Positions 1 to 14,203 of a stretch of 64,000 bases of DNA are shown here, one piece after another. A program made the position numbers and the translations under genes. Below the pieces are notes generated by a model. It had not been told where the DNA came from and ran no database searches. It saw nothing but the letters and a program-made list of their open reading frames with translations. The stretch lies in NCBI RefSeq assembly GCF_009914755.1, contig NC_060925.1; one strand, 5' to 3'. How positions within the stretch are numbered: the first letter of the stretch is position 1; the number at the start of each line of letters is the position of its first letter. This DNA is from the human T2T-CHM13v2.0 reference genome, Homo sapiens.

Positions 1-58
1 AGACCAGCCTGGTCAAAATAGTGAAACCCCATCTCTACAGAAAAAAAAAAAAAAAAAA
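1..58 (+). mobile_element. Alu/FLAM 3' fragment cut by the window edge
   Basis: agaccagcctgg...gtgaaaccccatctctac followed by an A-tail. Confidence 0.85.
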
Positions 59-579
59 GTATTTGACTAGGTGCACTGCCCAGAAATCTGCCAGTTGGTA
101 GGATTTCCTTTGCCATCGTCTTCCAGGCTCTCACACTGCAGGGCTACAATGAAGCTGTAGTGCAGCCAAAGACCATTTTCATGTTGCGTCCACACACCAA
201 GCTGTGGTCCTGGCATGGCCTTTTCCCTCTTCTGTCAGCTTGCCATAGGGACCCTCTACGGTCCATAGGCATGAGCTGACAGAGAGGAACCAGTGCAATA
301 GAGGTGGATAACCTGAGTTCAATCTCTTCTGGGACTCCCCTTCTTTTATATTTAAGACTTGGGCCTGATCCTCAGTTTTTTTTTTTTTTCTGTGTTCCAA
401 CTGCAGAATAAGAGTCTCTTTATTATGAAGCCAAGGAGAGCTTCGGCCTTTCTGATTGTTGATTAATCACTCTCAGCCTTTCATTGTTCTTCTTCAATAC
501 ATAAAATGTCAACAGTAACAGCCAGCCGTTTCCATAGTTCTTATAGTTATGACTTCCCTTGAACTTCTCAAATGCCTGA

Positions 580-792
<213 letters not shown>

Positions 793-914
793 TAACAAGC
801 ACGTGGCTACAGCATGCTAAGCACTGTCCATGCTCCACCTACCCCCAGGGATGATGTTCTCACTGCTGGTGACCCATTTTACACTTGGCTTCCTCAGACC
901 ATTCCTGGAATGAA

Positions 915-1292
915 TTATCGCAGGTCAGATTCCCTAAGAAGCCGACTTTGAGATGCGGGTTAGTATACAGTAAATTCATGGCGGGGAATGGGAGGTGTCA
1001 TCAGACTGACATCAATAGGAGATGAAAAAAGAAGGATTTAACAGAAGGAAAAGATGAACTGCATTGAAATCACAGAGGCCTTAGATGGTGTCACAGAGAG
1101 CTCTGGGTGCTAAGATGTGGGCCACCCCAGGGAGACAGTGTGACTTGGGCAAAGTGGCTATCTTTGGTTAACGGCAAGTCACAGAAAATAATTCAAACAA
1201 GAGCAGTCAGCCACCACAATTTCCAACGGCTGGGTGAATGAGGGCCTCAGTCTTAAAAGGGCCTTTGGGTCCCACACCATAGCATCCATCAG
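915..1292 (-). mobile_element. ERVL solo LTR, LTR16-like
   Basis: Reverse complement begins gatggatgctatggtgtggg and ends aaagtcggcttcttagggaatctgacctgcgata, matching the recalled LTR16C layout. Confidence 0.65.
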
Positions 1293-1624
1293 ATGAGGCA
1301 AATTCTTCTTTCTCAGATGAAAAGAACTAATAAGCATATAAGTTTCTCCGTTATAAGGAAGGAGACTTAGCCCAGAAAAATTAGGCCTAAAAATATCAGC
1401 AGTATTAATAACATGGTAATTGTGAATGACTTCATATAATCCCAGGTCAAAAGGAAAAACATATCTTCTCTCACCCTGAGAATGTTCTTTTTATATTTTG
1501 AACGTCCTTTTCTGTATGAATGGTATGGCAGAGAAGCAAAATCCTGTTTAAACGTCCTATAAACTTTTAATATCACCCATCTACAAAGACAAGACTTAAA
1601 ATCTCTCCAATTTTTGACACAGAC

Positions 1625-2092
1625 CTTTTTAATTTTTAATTTATTTATTTTTGAGACATAATCTTGCTCTATCACCCAGACTGGAGTGCAGTGGCAGGAT
1701 CATGGCTCCTTGTAGCCTCAACTTCCCAGGCTCAAGTGACCCTCCTTGCCTCAGCCTCCCAAGAAGCTGAGACTACAGGCATGTGCCACCATCCTCGGCT
1801 ATTTTTTTTTTTAATCTTTTGTGGAGACGAGTTCTCACTGTGTTGCCAGGACTGTTCTCAAGCTCCTGGGCTCAAGCGATCCTCCCTCTGCCTCCCAGTG
1901 GAGGTGGTGCAGAAACAAGAAGACCAGTCCTGAAGTCAATAAAGTAATCTGGGAAAGAGATGATAATTAGTTTGGACCACAGTTGTAGCAAGAGAGATGG
2001 CTAGTGGTCAGATCATGAACATATTGTGAAGGTACAGCTGATAGGATTTGCTGATGAATAGGATTACAGGCGTGAGCCACTACTCCCAGCCT
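1625..2092 (-). mobile_element. AluJ interrupted by a ~160-bp non-Alu insert at 1900-2060
   Basis: Both Alu arms present; the conserved cctccca..gtg|ggattacagg motif is split by an L2-derived segment. Confidence 0.9.
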
Positions 2093-2307
2093 ACAGACCC
2101 TCTTTAAATGTACCCTCCAGCAAAGTAATTCTGGAAGAGTTGAGGGTAGGCTACCCTTTCTAAATCACTCTTTTCTTAATGAACAATATTGCTGTCACAC
2201 TTGTGTACCTTGTCAATTTTAGCCTTTCTGCCAAAATGTCCTTTCCAAACCTTTGTCCAGAGTTCCATTCGTTCTTCAGGAACCTCACTAAATATTCATT
2301 CATTCAT

Positions 2308-2490
2308 AAGGTTACCAGATTTAGTAAATAAAAATATAGGATACCCAGTTAAATGTGAATTTCAAATAAACAAAAATTTTAGCATAACATGTCCAAATAT
2401 TCCATAGGACATACTTATACAAAATAATTAATTGCTATTTATTTGAAATTCAAATTTAACTGAGTGTCCTGTATTCTATCTAGCAACTTA
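2308..2490. mobile_element. MER53 hAT-type MITE (palindromic)
   Basis: aggttaccagatttagtaaataaaaatataggatacccagttaaat ... atttaactgagtgtcctgtattctatctagcaactta; attcattc on both flanks. Confidence 0.8.
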
Positions 2491-3083
2491 TTCATTCTTC
2501 AAATTCAAATACTTGTTGAGTATCTACCACGTGCCAGAAACTACTGAATGTTGAGATTACAGCACTGAACAAAATAACTCCAAATTCCTCCTCTTGTTGA
2601 GTCTGCATTCTAGTGGAGGGAGTCATTTATACACAAGTATTTATACAAGAAAATATACAATAATATTGTTGGAGCATAAATCTGTGCCATGAAGAAAAAT
2701 AAAGTGAGGACAAGAGGATAGGGAGTGTCAGGGCTGGGGGCTGGCAGTGCTGTTTCATGAAGGTCTTACTGATTGGTTGAAACTTGAGCAGACACCTGGA
2801 AGAAGTGAGAAAGTGAGAGCCGTAAGATTTGGGGGATGCATATTCTAGGCAGAGCGAGCCCCAAATACAGAGTGCCTAAGGTGGAGGTACATTTGAGGGA
2901 CAGCAAAGAGGCCATTATGGCTGGAGAATAGTGAACAGGAGGGGTTAGCTAGGAAATGAACCCAAAGCCAGACCATTTTCAGGCTTTGGGCCACTGGGCA
3001 AGTTTCAGCATTTACTCAAGGGAGATGGAGCAGACACTTGACTAGATTTCACATTTCAGACACAGCAAATATTCATTTAATAA

Positions 3084-3415
<332 letters not shown>

Positions 3416-3638
3416 TTAAATAAATGGAAATTACCTCTTCTTGTTGGGAAGGGAGGTGGTGTAGAAACAAGAAGGCCAATCATGAGGCCAAAAAAATAAT
3501 CCAGGAGAGAGATAATGATTAGCTGTAGCAATAGAGATGGCAAGTTGTTGAATCCTGAACATATTGTGAAGGTACAGCTGATAGGATGATCAGATGAATT
3601 AGATGTGGTGTGTAAGTAAGAGTCAAGATAGAGGCTTG

Positions 3639-3772
3639 AGGCCAGGCATGGTAGCTCATGCCTGTAATCCCTGTGCTTTGGGAGGCTGAGGCAGAAGGAT
3701 TGCTTGAGCCCAGGAGTTTGAGGTTACAGTGAGCTATGGATTGCACCACGGCACTCCAGCCTGGGTGACAGA
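3639..3772 (+). mobile_element. Alu monomer (FRAM/FAM-like)
   Basis: Single monomer with gaggttacagtgagctat. Confidence 0.8.
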
Positions 3773-4061
3773 AATTAGGAGTTCAGCTTCAGACTTGTTA
3801 ATTTTGATATGCCTGTTAGAAATCCAAGTGGAGATATTGGAGCAGCAACAAAACGTTAAAGTCTGGAGTTCAAAATAGAGATGTGGCCTGGCTAGAGATA
3901 TAAATTTGGGAGCCATCAGCACATGGACATAGCCAGTATACTTAAAGCAGGGGGTCTCAACGAGATTCCCTGGGGAGTGGGTATAGCTAGAGTGGGCCAA
4001 AAACTGACCCCTGGGATCTCTGAGTATTTAAAGATTGGGAAGATAAGTGGAAAAAGAATGA

Positions 4062-4362
4062 GGCCGGGCGTGGTGGCTCACGCCTTAATCCCAGCACTTT
4101 GGGAGGCTGAGGTGGGTGATCACCTGAGGTCAGGAGTTCGAGGCCAGCCTCACCAACATGGTGAAACCCTGTCTCTACTAAATACAAAAAATTAGCCATG
4201 CGTCATGGCAGATGCCTGTAATCCCAGCTACCTGGGAGGCTGAGGCAGAGGAATCACTTGAACCTGAGAGGTGGAGGTTGCAGTGAGCTGAGGTTGCCAG
4301 TGCACTCCAGCCTGGGCAACAAGAGCGAAAAACTCCGTGTCAAAAAAAAGAAAAAAAAAAAA
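4062..4362 (+). mobile_element. AluS
   Basis: Full dimer, A-tail, TSD aaaaagaatga. Confidence 0.95.
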
Positions 4363-4410
4363 GAATGAGTCATCAACTGGACAGAAGGAGAATCAAGAAA
4401 GTCTCACAGA

Positions 4411-4713
<303 letters not shown>

Positions 4714-5940
4714 GAAAGAAAGTGTCTCAGAAACCAAAGCGAAAAAAGTGTTCTAAGAAAGAAGGCATGATTACCCTCACTAATCAGGTAGAAGAGGCCT
4801 GAGCATTGGGTTTAGCAACCTGGTATTATGGACTTCTCGATAATAACTATTTCAGTAAGATGGTGGGAAAGAAAGCTTGATTAGAGTAAGTTCAAGAGAG
4901 AATGAGACAGAAAATAGAGAAAGCAAAGACAGACAACACTTTCAAGGAGTTTTGCTATAACCTGGGGATGATCCAAAAAAAGTGAGAAGGAAAATAATGA
5001 CACTGGGGATGAGGGGAAAGATACTAGGAGCAAAGCCCTTGAACAGGGGAGAGAGAATGGAAAAAGAGAATAAGTGGAGATGTTGGCCTGTGACAGGAAC
5101 ACAGGCAGACCATGGGAGGGGAATGAAATATCCTATGTGGTCAGAGATGCAGGCAGGTAGGTGGCAGAAGCAGTGGGAGGAGCAATCACGTGGGAGTTTT
5201 TAGGATTGCTCCTGTTTCCTTGGTGGAATCAGAAGCAAGGTGGGAGTGAAGAAGAGGGAGGATGTGCTGCTAGTTTGGGAGAGAGGGGAAGGTGTGAAGT
5301 GGTCAGCTAGGAGGGTGGAAGAGTGGACTCGAAGTATAGTAGGATGGCCAGGTAGTACTTGGGGTACTTGAGATTAGTGGTTGTGAATTTAAATTGTGAC
5401 CAACAGCATGGTTGTGTGTTTTTCTTCAGCCATATTCAGCTGTGCAAATGCAGGCAGGGAGTAGTTCAACAATTGGATATAGGCAGGGGTGGAAATTTTG
5501 ACAAGGAAATATGTCAAAGTGAGACAGGAGCCAGGGAGCCCAGCGTGTAGGCAAGAGAACATTCACAATGACTGCCCAGGAGACCTAAATCCAGTTACGA
5601 GGGAAATGAGGACATCAGAGTGTGAGAGACAGTGAACAGATGGGAGCATCAGTGGATTGGAGCGTCCAGTGGGATTGAAGGGTTACTGGAATTAGGGTAC
5701 CAGAGAGACGGAGAGCTGAAAAAATAGAAAGTGGTAGTCAGAGTGGAATCCCTGAGAGTGAGTTTATGGAGGGTTTGCTATTATTGGTAATATTAAGTCT
5801 AGGTTATGACCAAAGTAATGAGTGACTGAAGCAGAGATCTCTAAAGAAAGAAAATCGAGGAACTGAGAGGCCTGAAAGCCGGGTGGGTCCTCTATGTGTA
5901 TATTGAAATCATCAGGTGTGATTTTAGCAAGTGCTCTAGA

Positions 5941-6075
5941 AAAAAAATAGAAAGCAAAGAAGGAAGGGAAGGAGGAAGGAAGAAAGGGAAGGAAGGAAAG
6001 AAGGGAAGGAAGGGAGGAAAGGGATGGAAAGGAAGAAAGGGAAGGAAGGGAAAAAAGGGAAAGAAAGGAAGAATC
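5941..6075 (+). repeat. GA-rich low-complexity polypurine tract
   Basis: Degenerate (GGAA)n/(GAAA)n. Confidence 0.9.
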
Positions 6076-6112
6076 ACCAGTAATTACACACTGCAGAGAC
6101 TGACAATGAACC

Positions 6113-6730
6113 AGTATGTTAGTTTTCTATTGCAGCTCTAACAAATCACCACAAACTTAGCGGCATAAAACAATACAAATTTATTATCTTACAATGATAG
6201 AGGTCAGAAGTCCAAAATCAGCCTCACTAGTCTGTAGTTGAGATATCAGCCAGGCTGGTTCCTTTCTGGAGGCTCAAGGGCAGGACCTAACCCTTTGCTT
6301 TTTCCAGCCTAGAGACTGCCTGCATTCCTTGACTTGTGGCCCCTTCCTCACAATGGCATCACTCCAGTCTCACTTCTGTCTCCCATTGCCTCCTTCTGAC
6401 TCTGCCCTGCCTGCCTCCCTCCCTCTTATATGGGCCTTTGTGATTACACTGGGCCCACCTGGATAATCCCCCATCTCAGGACACCTAACTTCATCACATC
6501 TGCAAAGTCTCTTTTGCCACTTACATATATTCATGTATGAATACATACATATATTCGTGTATGAATACATGCATATATTCGTGTATGAATACATGCATAT
6601 ATTCGTGTATGAATACATGCATATATTCGTGTATGAATACATACATATATTCATATATTCTGGAGATTAGGGCATAGGCATCATTGTCAGGGGGGCGGGG
6701 ATGGAGGGGGCATTACTTAGCCTATGACAA
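6113..6730 (-). mobile_element. MaLR LTR (MLT1D/E-like) containing a minisatellite
   Basis: gttagttttctattgc..aacaaatcaccacaaacttagcggcataaaacaa ... ggataatccccatctcagg ... ttagcctatgacaa. Confidence 0.8.
6524..6652. repeat. 24-bp minisatellite (catatattcgtgtatgaatacatg), 5 full copies plus a partial copy
   Basis: Directly visible tandem array; produces the repetitive MYSYTNIC ORF. Confidence 0.95.
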
Positions 6731-8083
6731 CCAGCAATATATATTTTCCTCGGTGGAGATTTTCCAGATTCTGGTCTTCCCACTCCATCCATTCCAGGCT
6801 AAGTTGATGAACAATCCTTTTGGGTCACCTGCTCGGATTCCCGTATTAGAGGATACGCTTTCTTTATTTGAAACCATATTTACTGTGCTAGGTTCTGGGT
6901 TAATTGTTGTTGATACAAATAGGATACAATGTCTTAAAAGTTCATTCCCCTAATGCAAATGTTTGTTGATGTGTCTGTCTCCCCAGGTAGGGGGCAGATC
7001 ATACCAGGAAAGGAACTACTCACATTCCTACCCATGCCCTAAATGCCTACCATGGCACCTGACCTATAATACCCTGGGGACCTTTTAGAATGAATAAATG
7101 AACTCTGGTTGCACTTGGTAACATAAGCACTTTGAGCGATTTCATGCACACCAAAATAAACTTTTCATAATTCTAATCCAGTTTCATGAAGATGCTAAAT
7201 TAGTATGCCTTAACATTCACGTATATCATTTAATAATCTGCATGCCCATCACTCTGATTTCTGGAACCAACTGCTTGTCTTCTACATAGTATGTAATATA
7301 TTATCTATCAGCTAATGTATTCATTTAGGAACACTTGGACATCAAAATTTGCAATGGTTCCGCCAAGGTATATTTAGAAACTTTAGATTGGGTCATATCT
7401 CTAGGGACTTTTCCTGAGTTAAAAAGGACAGTATCATCCATCTCTTGTTCAATCACAACAATTAGAGACTGATAAAAAACACACAAGCAATCATACAAAA
7501 ACCCAAATCCCTCAAAAGCAGCTGGCAAAGTAATAAATAACAGCACGTACAAAAATCAACTGTAGTCACTTATTAAATTCATATCCTTTTATAATTATTA
7601 CCTCAAAGAGTTAGATGACAGCAGATTTCAATGGAGATTGTGATATCTACAGTTATAGATCATGATGAAATTAGATTCTGTGAATGCATTATGAATCTTT
7701 TGTAAATTGGTTTTTCAAAGCATAAATCATGTTTTAACTAGACAAGTTGCTTCCTTCGGCCGTGCAATCCTACAGCTGTGGATACGTCTTTTGTGGATTG
7801 TAAAGACCTACATCATAACTCCATTCTAATAGCTGACCAGCTACCCAACTGAAAAAGGGCCAGATTTCTGTCATCAAAATTATTTAGACTCTATCCTGAT
7901 TTATAATTCCCAATCCTTGCCAAATTATGACACCTAATTAATACTAGGGGCATTTTCCCATAGAATGTAGACAGATGTTTGTCCACTCTATTTTTAGAAA
8001 ATACTCGTGAAGTTACAAGCTAGTGTACTGGGTATTCCTTCAAAACTCCAGGCCTATTTCTTTTCAACAAATCCTAGGGTCAA

Positions 8084-8386
8084 GACTGGGCGCAGTGGCT
8101 CATGCCTGTAATCCCAGAACTTTAGGAGGCCAAGGCAGGTGGATCACCTGAAGTTAGGAGTTCAAGACCAGCCTGGCCAACATGGCAAAACCCTGTCTCT
8201 ACTAAAAAAATACAAATATTAGTTGGGCGTGGTGGCACATGCCTATTATCCCAGCTACTTGGGAGACTGAGGCAGGGAGAATGGCTTGAACCCAGGAGGT
8301 GGAGGTTGCAGTGAGACAAGATTGCACCACTACACCCTAGCCTGGGTGACAGAGTGAGATTCTGTCTCAAAAAAAAAAAAAAAAAA
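8084..8386 (+). mobile_element. AluS
   Basis: Full dimer, TSD aaat(c/g)ctagggtca. Confidence 0.95.
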
Positions 8387-8498
8387 TGCTAGGGTCATAG
8401 GTTCTAAATTCAGAATTTGTGTAAAGAACAAACATATTTCAGGCATCAGAGGGGCACTGAGCACAGTTATTCTGTTTTAGCTGCTTAAGCAAACAATG

Positions 8499-8665
8499 TA
8501 GCCAGGTGTGGTGGCTTCAGCCTGTGGTCCTAGCCGCTTGGGAGGCTGAGGTGGGAGGATTGCTTGAGCCCAGTTTGAGGTTACAGTGAGCTTTGATCCC
8601 ACCACTGCATTCCAGCCTGGGCAACAGAGCAAGACCCTGTCTCAAAAACAAAAACAAAATGCAAA
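8499..8665 (+). mobile_element. Alu monomer (FRAM-like)
   Basis: Right-arm type monomer with A-rich tail. Confidence 0.85.
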
Positions 8666-8824
8666 ATAATTTAAGGAGGCTATTACTAGCATTTACCAAT
8701 CATTCATCAGTCTTTGATACCATAGACAAAAGCCATCCAAAGACCAAGTTGTATTGTCCTAATATAAATACAAGACACTAATGTTTCTGTGGAGTATCGT
8801 CTTACCATTAAAATCAGAATGGGT

Positions 8825-9425
8825 CTAGGTATCTACCTGAGAAATGAATGCACACGTGATTAAAGGGACATGCACAAGTGTGTTCATTGGAGTATTGCTG
8901 GTAACAGCAAAAGTGAAGGAGGTCAGATTCCATTTACATTTGGGGAAAAGTCGTGACTGGATGAGGCACAAGGAGGGCTCTGGGTGCTGGTAATATTCTA
9001 ATTTTTTTTTTTTTTTTTTTTTTTTTGAGACAGTCTCGCTCTTCCACCCAGGCTGGAGTGCAGTGGTGTGATCCTGGCTCACTGCAACCTCCGCCTCCTG
9101 GTTCAAGCAATTCTCATGCCTCAGTCTCCAGGTAGCTGGAATTACAGGTGCGCACCTCCATGCCCAGCTAATTTTTGTACTTCTAGAGCCATGTGGGCCA
9201 GGCTAGTCTCAAACTCCTGGCCTCAAGTGATCTGCCCGCCTCGGCCTCCCAAAGTGCTGGGACTACAGGCATAAGCCACCGTGCCTGGCCAATATTCTAA
9301 TTTTTGATACAAGGGCTGGTTACACAGATGTGTTTACTTTTTGAAAATACATTGAACTTTGATAATTTGTGCACATTTCTGCATATATGTTATACTTCAA
9401 TAGTAAGTTTAAAAAAAAAAAAGAG
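8825..9425 (+). mobile_element. Old L1ME-type 3' fragment split by an Alu
   Basis: gtgctggtaatattcta ... gtgcacatttctgcatatatgttatacttcaata + A-tail. Confidence 0.65.
9002..9290 (-). mobile_element. AluS
   Basis: Full dimer, TSD aatattctaa. Confidence 0.95.
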
Positions 9426-9499
9426 AAAAAGAGCGAGGGACTTTCCCTCCAGCTTTCAAGGAGCTGGCCTTACTGCTCAATCAAGTGCAGGCCACCAGA

Positions 9500-9642
9500 C
9501 TCACAGCCTTGACATCTCCCAGGCACACACCAGAAACTTAGACTATCAGGCCCCACCTCGAACCTGCTGACTCAGGAACTGCATTTTAACAAGGGCCCCA
9601 GGTGACTTGAATGCACAGTGATGTTTAAGAAGCACTGATCTG
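9500..9642. mobile_element. MER5-type hAT-Charlie fragment
   Basis: ggccccacc..acctgctgactcag..ctgcattttaacaag..ccccaggtga..tgtttaagaagcactg. Confidence 0.7.
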
Positions 9643-11759
9643 GAACACAATCTTGCAAGCAGAAAAGTACAATATGAAAGTGTCCTGAATGGCACGGGGG
9701 AGGGAAGCACAGGGCACCAGAGAAGCCAGAAAAGGCACCTCTCACCCAGGCCAGCTCAGTTCCCCCGAGTTTGCTCCTAAGCCCAGCAATCCTGGGAGTA
9801 TCTAATTGCCAGATATGTTAGTGGAGAACCTCAGGTTTACTACCTTCCTTATTTACGGCTTAGCATTTTAGTCAAGAGCAGTAATTGTTTAGAATCAATA
9901 CCAAAGGAAGCCTGAATTTCAGGCCAGAAAGTGCTGCTGTGACTCTGCAGTTGTTTAAAAAGATAAACGGTCTCTACATTTTTTTTTTTTTTGTCTTCAG
10001 CTAGGGACAAAGAAAAGTAGGACAAGCACGAGGAGAACCTGATAGAGGAGTGCTTTGCAAATAATTAGTAGCTAATTTTAGCTGATCAGCTTACCTATTT
10101 TTTCATTATTCTGTAAAACTGAGTTCCAAAGTTGTAAAATTTGATCCTGTCCAAAAGCCCCCAAAATAACATTTAAGATCCAATGATGCTATCTCAGGTA
10201 ACAGACACTGAAAGCAGGGCCTCAGCAACATCTCAAATGTGAAGAGTTATTACACTTTTGTCTTTCTTCTATTTGTCATCCGTATCATCACTGTTATTGT
10301 ATTTCTCTAGAATATTGGCTTTTTAAAAAATGAAATCATAAAAAATAAACTCCAACTGCTCATAATGCTAAACACCATGAAGAGATGATTTCTTTTCTTT
10401 GCATAGCACACTTTCTTTAATTTATCCTTGAGTCACAAGGAATTGTTTTAATTATATTACTACATTGCTAACTCATTCTGTTTGTTGTCCACTCTGACTG
10501 GAAGCACTTTCTTCTGCATTTATGGCTCTTCAGCCTAATGCCACCTTGAGTCTATATTTCTAATTTCTAAAGCTTTTAATGTGCATTTGTCTCTGTTGAG
10601 ATTAAAAGCAAATTTTGCTATTAATGGATACATTTTCTGATGTTTGAGTCATATTGAAATAAACGATCAAATTGATATCATCCACTCCCTGCAAATGAGT
10701 GCCCTCTCCAAATTTAGTGACCACTTTTAATATTTTCATCTAAATTGGTGATAAAGAACAATCCCTAAGGGTGTCCTTGGGTTGATAAGGAACCACTGAT
10801 AATTACTATTGAGGAGTTTTCAATAAGCTTATAGTATTACCAGTATCTCAGCTCCTTGCTTAGACTATCGTGTGACACAGAATCAACTGCTTTATTTGTA
10901 TTCACACGGGCTGATTCACTCACCCCACCCTCCACCCTCCACCACCCACCACCATATACCCGGCCCCTTTAGCACAAAAGGAAATAACATTGGTCTGGCA
11001 TAATCCTCTTTTCACCAAGCCATGCCTTGGCATTAATCATGTAAGGAAATAAGACCATATTCTCTGCATCATAGCCGAGGCCCTCTGCAGCAAATCCAGT
11101 GCGGTTTCTGAGCAGCATTGAATAAGTGGAACAGGGGACAGGCTGGGTCACCCGGTGCCTGGAAACATGCACAGGGTCTGCTTGTTTTTGTTAGTATTTA
11201 TTAGTAAAAGTGGCAAGGATGACTCGAGATCTGAGGTCAGCAGAGTCTGAGAATAATGGATTGGAGGACAGACAGTCACCCTGGGTAGAATCTCACCTTC
11301 TTCCGCAATCCCGCTCAGCAGTCCTCTGGCTCAGAAGCAGCCAAGGGAAGCTCTCGATTTTTTAATCTAAAACAGAAATGCAGACAATCAGCAAGCAAAG
11401 ACAACTACATACTCTATAACAAGAAAATATACATTGCTCTGTGTTAAATTATACCTTAACCGTGCACAGGCAGGCCTGTTAGAGGGTCTGATAATTCTTC
11501 TACTCTGCTTTAACTGGTCCTGATAATTGACTTTTTGGATGAAACCCATGCCATTTTCATGGGACTCCCTGAGGAATTATTTTTACTCACTAGAACCACC
11601 TCCTTTCAAGAAATAAGCCTCATTCTTCCTTCTCCAGTTTTGACTTGATATCACATACACACTGTTTGTTCAGGGTCAAATGTCTGCTAGTTGCATATTG
11701 AATTCCTTTTCAGTGTCAGAATCATTGTTTCAACTGTAACCAGCTAGATGTCATAGTCT

Positions 11760-11760
11760 T

Positions 11761-11792
<32 letters not shown>
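11760..11792. repeat. (TC)n(TG)n compound microsatellite
   Basis: Directly visible. Confidence 0.9.
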
Positions 11793-11793
<1 letters not shown>

Positions 11794-11877
11794 AAATTAT
11801 TCTCTTAATACAAGTATTCTTCATCCTGTAGCAAAGGGAAAACGTCTGCCAAATTTCAACATTAGAAAATAAAGCAA

Positions 11878-12085
<208 letters not shown>

Positions 12086-13909
12086 TTAAAAATGAGGGGA
12101 AAGCAGTGATAGTGAAATGCAAAGGGTATTTTGGGAGCTCAGAGAAGAATATCTTACCCATCTTGGAAGGGTTACGGAAGACCCTTGGACAAGGCTGGCA
12201 TGAGATCCAACTTATTACTTGGTATGAAGCAAATCTAGAATTAAGACAGCAAATGAAACCAAGTTACGTGTCAGAAAACCAAGTGATAGCCCTATAAATG
12301 TTCAGCCAACATATGGAAGAGATTTATATTATACCCTTGACCAAATATACCCAATCTTCAGCAGGCAGCTTCTTGCTGTGAGCACATTGGTATAAAAGGT
12401 GGTATGAAAATGTTGGTTTGTGGAAGTCGTTATGTCCTTGGGAAATGTTTTGAGGATTCCAGGTCCACTTTATCTGCCCTGGCTCATTAACTATTTTCAT
12501 AACAGATCTTCAGAGGAACCAATATACTAGCGACTGAGCTGTTGCTAAGAGATGATCTCTTAAGTCAGAAAATTTGAACATGGACTCAGGGACTCTCCTG
12601 ACAGAACTGTATCCAGAATCTTTCATATGTAAAAATGCCTGAAAGGGTGACATTAGCCATCTACATCCACATGGATGCAAGCCACAGTGCTGATCTACTT
12701 AGGCTTGCTGCTTCCTACAAATAGAGAGAGGAGAAAACAGCTTCCAGTCAAAATGAGATGAACTCATCTGACCCATAAAAAAGAATTCAATTAATTTAAA
12801 ATAAGACAATTAAGGCAATTCCCACGGAATAAACTAACTTGGGCTTTTAACTAATCCTGGGTAAAACTTGGAGGCCAAGTTGATTTAGATGGCAATCTAC
12901 ACATTTACATGTTTATTTGGATTTGGGTCTCTTATAGTCATAGGAAGGGTCCCTAATACTTTCTTAATGAAAAGTTCTTCTTGCATTTTCCTAATTTTTG
13001 TCATTGCCAAGCCCCCAGAAGGCAGAAATGTGTCTTATTTTTTGTATCCTTGGTATGTAACTCTTAGAAAATAGAAGAAATTTAATAAATGTTTACTGAA
13101 TGCATTTTTAAAACCCCAAATTTGGAGACAGGATGAAAGGAGAGGGAGGAATAATCCAATCTGTTTGCACAGGGTAGTGAATCATGTACCCTGGCCTGGC
13201 TCCAACCATCTTAACCCAGAACTTAAGAACAAGTAATAATCCCTGCTCAGAATGTCAATATTTAACGTTGTATTTATTTGCTGGGTAGGGTCTCCATTTG
13301 TTTATGTTTCTCTCAATGTTGTGTATCTCTGTTTGTCTGCCCTTCAACATGTTTGTCCACCCTGATGGAAAGCTTAGATGGAGTGGAAATGATGCCTATT
13401 TTAATGGCTTCATGGCACTCAAGTGGGTACTTAAAGACGCTATTTTGAATGGAGCCTTTGGGAGACCCTAATGAGTGACACCATTCTAAATGAACTGAAA
13501 TACCAAAAGAACAGCCTCTCTCTTTGGAAGAAGAATACTGAATGACATCACTGTTTCTTCAAAGCACAACACCATCATTTAGAAAACATTCCTCATTACT
13601 TCGGAAGTCTTTCCTTCTATGCTCCAGTGCCCATTTCCCTGAAGGGGGATGTCTGGGGTTAGCAGAGGGAGGCGAGGTAGAAGTGGAGGAGACATTGCTT
13701 TGTCACTTCTTCTTGGGGCCATGACACTGTCACACACTTTCAGTATATAAATGGCCACCCTTATACATACTTTCACCCTCCACCTCCAACAAACATCCCA
13801 GCAGTGGCACTCCAGCTGCGGCATCTAGGGAATCTTCAGTTTAGTCAGGCTTCTGCCCTGCTGTAAGCCAGCATCACTGAAAGATGGAATCAGAGCTGGG
13901 AGGAACTCT

Positions 13910-14203
13910 TCTTTTTTTTTTTTAATTTTTAGAGACAGGGTCTCACTCTGTTGCCCAGGCTGGAATGCAGTGGCCTGATCATAGATCACGGCAGCCTCAA
14001 ATTCCTGGGCTCAAGTGATCCTCCTGCTTCAGATTCTTGAGTAGTTGGAACTACAGGTGTGTGCCACCACACTCGGCTAATTTTATTTTATTTTATTTTT
14101 ATAGAGACAGGGTCTCACTATGTTCCCCAGGCTGGTCTTGAACTTGTGGCCTCAAGCAGTCCTCCCACCTCAGCCTCCCAAAATGCTGGGATTACAGCAC
14201 CTG
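13910..14203 (-). mobile_element. AluJ
   Basis: Dimer with T-tail. Confidence 0.9.

Noticed and set aside
5892-6141. K/G/R-rich and P/F-rich ORFs
   Set aside because: They come from a GGAA-type simple repeat.
6370-6654. ORF with repeated MYSYTNIC, and a superficially CRISPR-like array
   Set aside because: It is a 24-bp head-to-tail minisatellite with no spacers, in eukaryotic DNA.
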